Below, in pieces: positions 57,275-61,321 of a stretch of DNA of 61,321 nt (position 1 is its first letter; each line of letters opens with the position of its first letter). Made by a program: the position numbers and the translations under genes. Source of the DNA: an uncultured Gammaproteobacteria bacterium (GTDB lineage Bacteria; Patescibacteriota; Patescibacteriia; Patescibacteriales; UBA12465); NCBI GenBank assembly GCA_964483295.1, contig CAZAAD010000005.1, positions 1 to 61,321 of the forward strand, given 5' to 3'. The notes under the pieces are model-generated. The model was not told the origin of the DNA, searched no databases, and saw nothing but the letters and a program-made list of their open reading frames with translations.

Positions 57275-58102
57275 TTACTGTGAAATTTTTTCTTTTAAAA
57301 CTGAGATTAAATCTTTAGCTCTATCTAAATTTTCCTCCAAACGAATATTATTAACGTCAGCAGATTTCCCATCCATTAATCCAACTTGATATTCAAGCGA
57401 GGAAATAATTTCGCCGATGACCTTTTTCTCGGACACTGATATTTCCGGCTTATTAATATTTTCTAATAAATCAGATAATTCATCTTTAGTTAAAGAAACG
57501 AAGAAGGTTGGTAGATTTGCTTGTTTAGAAATAGCTACTTCTTTTCCTGCTTCGCCCGTCGACTTAATTCCATATTTTACAAAACTACCACCGCGGGAAA
57601 ACTTCTCCATAATCTTCTTCTCTTTCTTAGCGCTACCATCTTGGCCATAACCTTCAATAACTTCATCAAAACCGCAAACAACGCTACCAGTTTCAAGGTC
57701 AAGCAAAAGATTATCAACCCCATTTTCATAATCATCCCAAGCAGACGAACGAGCTGATAAAAATCTGGAGCCAAGCACCTTGGCTAAAGACAAGGTTATC
57801 GCCTGCTCCGCCAAAGAATTGGACGATGATTCTTTTTTGCGACTATAGTCCTCAAGACTCAAGCCACTCTCACGCGCCCAGGCTTCTTCTTTAATTTTAA
57901 TAAACTTGGCATCAGCCTCATCGGTAATTCTAATACGGCCATCGCTTTCTAAAATATTACCGTAACGTTCATTAACGTTTTCCGCTAAAGCTTTAAGATT
58001 ATCCCTTACTTGAGACGCATATAATTCTGGACTTTTCTTCTTGCGGCCTCTTTCTAATTGTTCGAGCGGGATGCTGCCGACAATTTTAAATTCGATGCCC
58101 AT
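57275..58102 (-). CDS. Hypothetical protein
   Basis: Long ORF between secA and tyrS; start at MGIEF preferred because 58129 overlaps the secA end. Confidence 0.75.
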   Translation of the reverse strand: MGIEFKIVGSIPLEQLERGRKKKSPELYASQVRDNLKALAENVNERYGNILESDGRIRITDEADAKFIKIKEEAWARESGLSLEDYSRKKESSSNSLAEQAITLSLAKVLGSRFLSARSSAWDDYENGVDNLLLDLETGSVVCGFDEVIEGYGQDGSAKKEKKIMEKFSRGGSFVKYGIKSTGEAGKEVAISKQANLPTFFVSLTKDELSDLLENINKPEISVSEKKVIGEIISSLEYQVGLMDGKSADVNNIRLEENLDRAKDLISVLKEKISQ

Positions 58103-58113
58103 ATAAATTATAG

Positions 58114-59820
58114 TTAAGCCCCATGACATTTCTTATATTTCTTCCCGCTGCCACAAGGGCAAGGGTCATTACGTCCAACGGTATTACCGCTTTCGTCTTT
58201 AACTTTCTCATGAACTAAATCAGCGGTATTACGCGCTTCAGCCTGCTTATGCATTTCTTTCTGAGCACCGGAAAATTCTAATTTAGCTTCTAGTGGTTTA
58301 TCGGCAAAAGCTTTCAGGGCTGCGCCTTCCATCTGTTTTTCAATCGAAGAAACAAAGGCCTCGCCAGCTTTAAAGATAGAATAAGCGACATTACGATTAA
58401 TCAACCCCGTTAACTCTTGATACATGCGGTAAGCCTCTTTCTTATATTCAACGAGCGGATCTCTCTGACCATAGCCGCGCAAACCAATACCGCGACGCAA
58501 ATAATCAACCGTCTCTAAATGCTCAACCCAAAGATTATCAATCGTTCTAATTAAAATTCCCTTCTCTACTTCCTGAAAATCAACGCCAGCGGCTACAAAT
58601 TTTTCATTCATGTTTTTATAGCGGTCAGCAATTTCTTGTTCCAAATAAGCAACCATCGCTTCACGTTTTGCAGAAACTAAACTCGCGCCAGCAGCTATTT
58701 CCGAAAGCTTAGCCTTAACACTGTCATCAGCGGTAAAAATCGTCTTAATATTTTCAAAAATTTCCTGAATATTCCATTCCGTAGTATTTTCGGAAGCAGT
58801 ATGAAAAGAAACAACACCGGTTACTTCCTCTTTGACCATCGGAATAATAATTTCACTTAAAGACTTAGCGCTTGCCTCTTCGGCAAAAATGCCTTCACTA
58901 ATATCAATAATCTCTCGACGACGACGATAAATCGCGCTGCGGTGCTTATTGATAACATCATCATATTCAACCAAATGTTTTCTAATATCGAAATTATTGC
59001 CTTCAACTTTCTTCTGGGCGCTTTCGATTGACTTAGAAATCATCTTATTTTCAATCGGCATATCAGCTGGGACATTTAGAGTCTTCATCAAGCCCTTCAT
59101 GCGGTCGCCGCCAAAAATACGCATTAAGTCATCATCAGTCGAAACATAAAACTGCGAAGAACCCGGGTCACCTTGACGTCCCGCACGTCCACGCAACTGA
59201 TTATCAATACGGCGCGACTCATGGCGCTCGGTACCAATCACATGCAGGCCACCTACGGCACGTACGGCTTCCTGTTCTTCTTTAGTTGCCGGATTACCAC
59301 CTAAAATAATATCAACCCCGCGACCAGCCATGTTAGTCGCTAGCGTAATAGCGCCCTTGCGTCCAGCCTGAGCAATAATTTCAGCTTCCTTTTGATGATT
59401 CTTAGCGTTTAACATCTGGGGACGCAAACCCTCAAGATGCATCATTTCTGTTAAAACTTCATTTTTTTCAATCGAAATCGTACCAATTAAAATCGGCTGT
59501 CCTTTTTCACTGCGCTCCTTAACTTCACGGATAACCGCGCGAAACTTATCTTCTTCGGTGCGATAAATTAAATCATTCAAATCCTTTCTGATATTCGGCT
59601 TATTGGTCGGAATAACAATGGTGTCGAGTTTATAAATCTTATGAAACTCTTCCGCCTCAGTCGCGGCCGTACCAGTCATACCGGATAATTTTGTATACAT
59701 GCGGAAAAGATTTTGGAACGTAATCGTCGCCATCGTTTGGGATTCTTTCTGAACCTTAACGCCTTCCTTAGCTTCAATCGCTTGATGTAGGCCTTCGCTA
59801 TAGCGACGACCCGGCATCAT
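58114..59820 (-). CDS. secA: SecA C-terminal fragment
   Basis: [41 protein letters not shown] motif [17 protein letters not shown]. Confidence 0.85.
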   Translation of the reverse strand: MMPGRRYSEGLHQAIEAKEGVKVQKESQTMATITFQNLFRMYTKLSGMTGTAATEAEEFHKIYKLDTIVIPTNKPNIRKDLNDLIYRTEEDKFRAVIREVKERSEKGQPILIGTISIEKNEVLTEMMHLEGLRPQMLNAKNHQKEAEIIAQAGRKGAITLATNMAGRGVDIILGGNPATKEEQEAVRAVGGLHVIGTERHESRRIDNQLRGRAGRQGDPGSSQFYVSTDDDLMRIFGGDRMKGLMKTLNVPADMPIENKMISKSIESAQKKVEGNNFDIRKHLVEYDDVINKHRSAIYRRRREIIDISEGIFAEEASAKSLSEIIIPMVKEEVTGVVSFHTASENTTEWNIQEIFENIKTIFTADDSVKAKLSEIAAGASLVSAKREAMVAYLEQEIADRYKNMNEKFVAAGVDFQEVEKGILIRTIDNLWVEHLETVDYLRRGIGLRGYGQRDPLVEYKKEAYRMYQELTGLINRNVAYSIFKAGEAFVSSIEKQMEGAALKAFADKPLEAKLEFSGAQKEMHKQAEARNTADLVHEKVKDESGNTVGRNDPCPCGSGKKYKKCHGA

Positions 59821-59949
59821 ACGGCCGGTAAATTCATCAACAATAATAATCTCACCATCTTTTACTACATAATCGCGGTCGCGCTTAAATAAAACGCGTG
59901 CTTTTAAGGCCTGCTCTAAATGATGAACTTCTTTAACTCCACCTTCAAC

Positions 59950-60849
59950 TTAAATGTTGCCAAGACCAAGTAGCTTCTCAACTTTAGAAATACCAACCTC
60001 AGTTAAAGTAGCCGCCTTCATCTTCTCATCAACATTATAATCTTCATTCTCATCTAATTTTTGTACCAACAAGGAAAACTTAGCATAGCGGTCACCCGAC
60101 TCTTCAGCTGGGGCGCTAATAATAAGTGGAGTTCTTGCTTCATCAATCAAAATCGAATCGATTTCATCAACAATGGCATAATGAAGCGGACGCTGCACGG
60201 TTTGCGACAGCGTGTAAACCATGTTGTCGCGCAAGTAATCAAAACCAAATTCATTATTAGTGCCGTAAGTAATATCACAATAATAAGCTTCACGGCGCGG
60301 AATGCGACGGAAATTCTGCAAACGCGGATCAAACTGACTTTCATCGGTATAGGTCGGATCGTAAATGTAAGCATTATCATGAACAATAACACCAGTTGAT
60401 AAACCAAGAGCATAATAAACCGGCGCCATCCAACCAGCACCAACCCGAGCCAAATAATCATTAACGGTAATCAAGTGAACACCTTTACCTTCCAGGGCGT
60501 TTAAATATAAAGGCAAGGTGGCAACCAGGGTTTTACCTTCACCCGTTCTCATTTCGGCAATTTGCCCACGATGAAGAACGATGCCGCCCACAAGCTGCAC
60601 ATCATAATGTCTTTGTCCTAAAATTCGGCGTGAAGCCTCACGGATAGCCGCAAAGGCCTCGGGTAAAAGGCTATCTAAAGACGCACCTTCGTTTAAACGA
60701 GCTTTAAAATCGGCTGTTTTTTCTTTAAGACTAGCGTCATCTAAAGCTTGGTACTCATTTTCTAAGCTATTGATTCGGTCGATAGTCGGCTGCATGGCTT
60801 TTATCACCTTTTCGTTAGCATCGGGAAACAGTTTACTGAATATACTCAT
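59950..60849 (-). CDS. secA: SecA N-terminal fragment
   Basis: EMRTGEGKT Walker [35 protein letters not shown]. Confidence 0.85.
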   Translation of the reverse strand: MSIFSKLFPDANEKVIKAMQPTIDRINSLENEYQALDDASLKEKTADFKARLNEGASLDSLLPEAFAAIREASRRILGQRHYDVQLVGGIVLHRGQIAEMRTGEGKTLVATLPLYLNALEGKGVHLITVNDYLARVGAGWMAPVYYALGLSTGVIVHDNAYIYDPTYTDESQFDPRLQNFRRIPRREAYYCDITYGTNNEFGFDYLRDNMVYTLSQTVQRPLHYAIVDEIDSILIDEARTPLIISAPAEESGDRYAKFSLLVQKLDENEDYNVDEKMKAATLTEVGISKVEKLLGLGNI

Positions 60850-60960
60850 ATTATTGTATTACTAAGCAAAAATAACCGCTTAAAACGGCTTTTCCTCCAG
60901 TTTCAGTATAATACGGATAGTTAATAAAATAAATATTGACAAAATTTAATAAGTATATCA

Positions 60961-60995
60961 AAAAACCGCCCGAGAAATCAGGCGGCCTTTTTTAT
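60961..60995 (-). terminator. Probable terminator after the RNR R2 gene
   Basis: CCGCC-N10-GGCGG stem flanked by A and T runs. Confidence 0.55.
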
Positions 60996-61003
60996 TTTAT
61001 TTT

Positions 61004-61321
61004 TTATTTATGAGCCCGGTTATCAACCTCGTACTTAGTATTCTGTGCTTCAAAGAAATTAACAAGTTCTAGAGTATCAATTTCTGTCGCCATCCACTGC
61101 GCCGGATTGGGTGTCTTAAAATGAATTTCAAAACCTAACTCTTCTAAACGCCTATCGGCTACATATTCAACATACTGGTTAACATAATCGGCGTTGATTC
61201 CTAGAATACCGCGTGGGAAAAGGTCGCGATTGTAGGCAGTTTCTAAATTAACGCCATCAATAATTAACTGACGAATTTCGGTAGCAAACTCTGGCGTTGC
61301 TACTTCCGGATTCTCTTCTAA
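61004..61321 (-). CDS. Ribonucleotide-diphosphate reductase R2 (beta) subunit, C-terminal part
   Basis: Manual translation ...RGILGINADYVNQYVEYVADRRLEELG...NPAQWM...VNFFEAQNTKYEVDNRAHK*; not in the ORF track. Confidence 0.88.
   Translation of the reverse strand, partial: LEENPEVATPEFATEIRQLIIDGVNLETAYNRDLFPRGILGINADYVNQYVEYVADRRLEELGFEIHFKTPNPAQWMATEIDTLELVNFFEAQNTKYEVDNRAHK

Larger units (their letters stand above)
58114..60849 (-). pseudogene. secA: Full-length secA frame (911 codons) broken by one in-frame TAA at 59952-59950
   Basis: Reading through the stop gives ...[55 protein letters not shown]..., continuous SecA sequence in one frame. Confidence 0.9.

Noticed and set aside
59950-59952. 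Stop-codon reassignment as the explanation for the secA stop
   Set aside because: TAA ends most genes here and TGA ends mraY, so the standard code applies; no other gene has an internal stop
24576-60461. Short overlapping ORFs inside alaS, murG, GTs, mreB, ileS, secA and others
   Set aside because: Antisense or alternate-frame by-products without independent signals
1-61321. CRISPR array, IS element, integrase, prophage, rRNA
   Set aside because: No regular repeat-spacer pattern, transposase/integrase ORF or rRNA-like stretch; the window is almost fully coding

Overview
AT-rich bacterial chromosome segment made almost entirely of core genes, most on the minus strand. It holds the str, S10 and spc ribosomal blocks (rpsL to the start of rpsE), a separately promoted infA-rpmJ-rpsMKD-rpoA-rplQ-rplM-rpsI block, prfB, comEC, rpmB, a RelE/Phd-type toxin-antitoxin pair, a reduced dcw cluster (mraY-ftsW-murG-murC-murB) followed by alaS, glycosyltransferase and sugar-nucleotide genes, an S8 protease with FG-GAP-like repeats, two mreB paralogues with mreC/mreD, proS, ruvA, a U32 peptidase, lemA-SPFH-htpX, ileS, tyrS, secA and the 3' end of a ribonucleotide reductase R2 gene. 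The standard genetic code (TAA, TAG and TGA all used as stops), short AlaRS/ProRS, missing Shine-Dalgarno sites and gene order fit a Patescibacteria (CPR), probably Parcubacteria-type, genome; this is inference. I saw no tRNA, rRNA, CRISPR array, transposase or prophage. Strongest observations: a PilB/GspE-fold protein that has lost all four ATPase motifs, placed at the head of a glycosyltransferase run; a single in-frame TAA splitting secA; RpoA with no alpha-CTD; and an SD-less start context with T at -1. Nothing here can be shown from sequence alone to be a new system; the pseudo-ATPase/glycosyltransferase locus is the best candidate.
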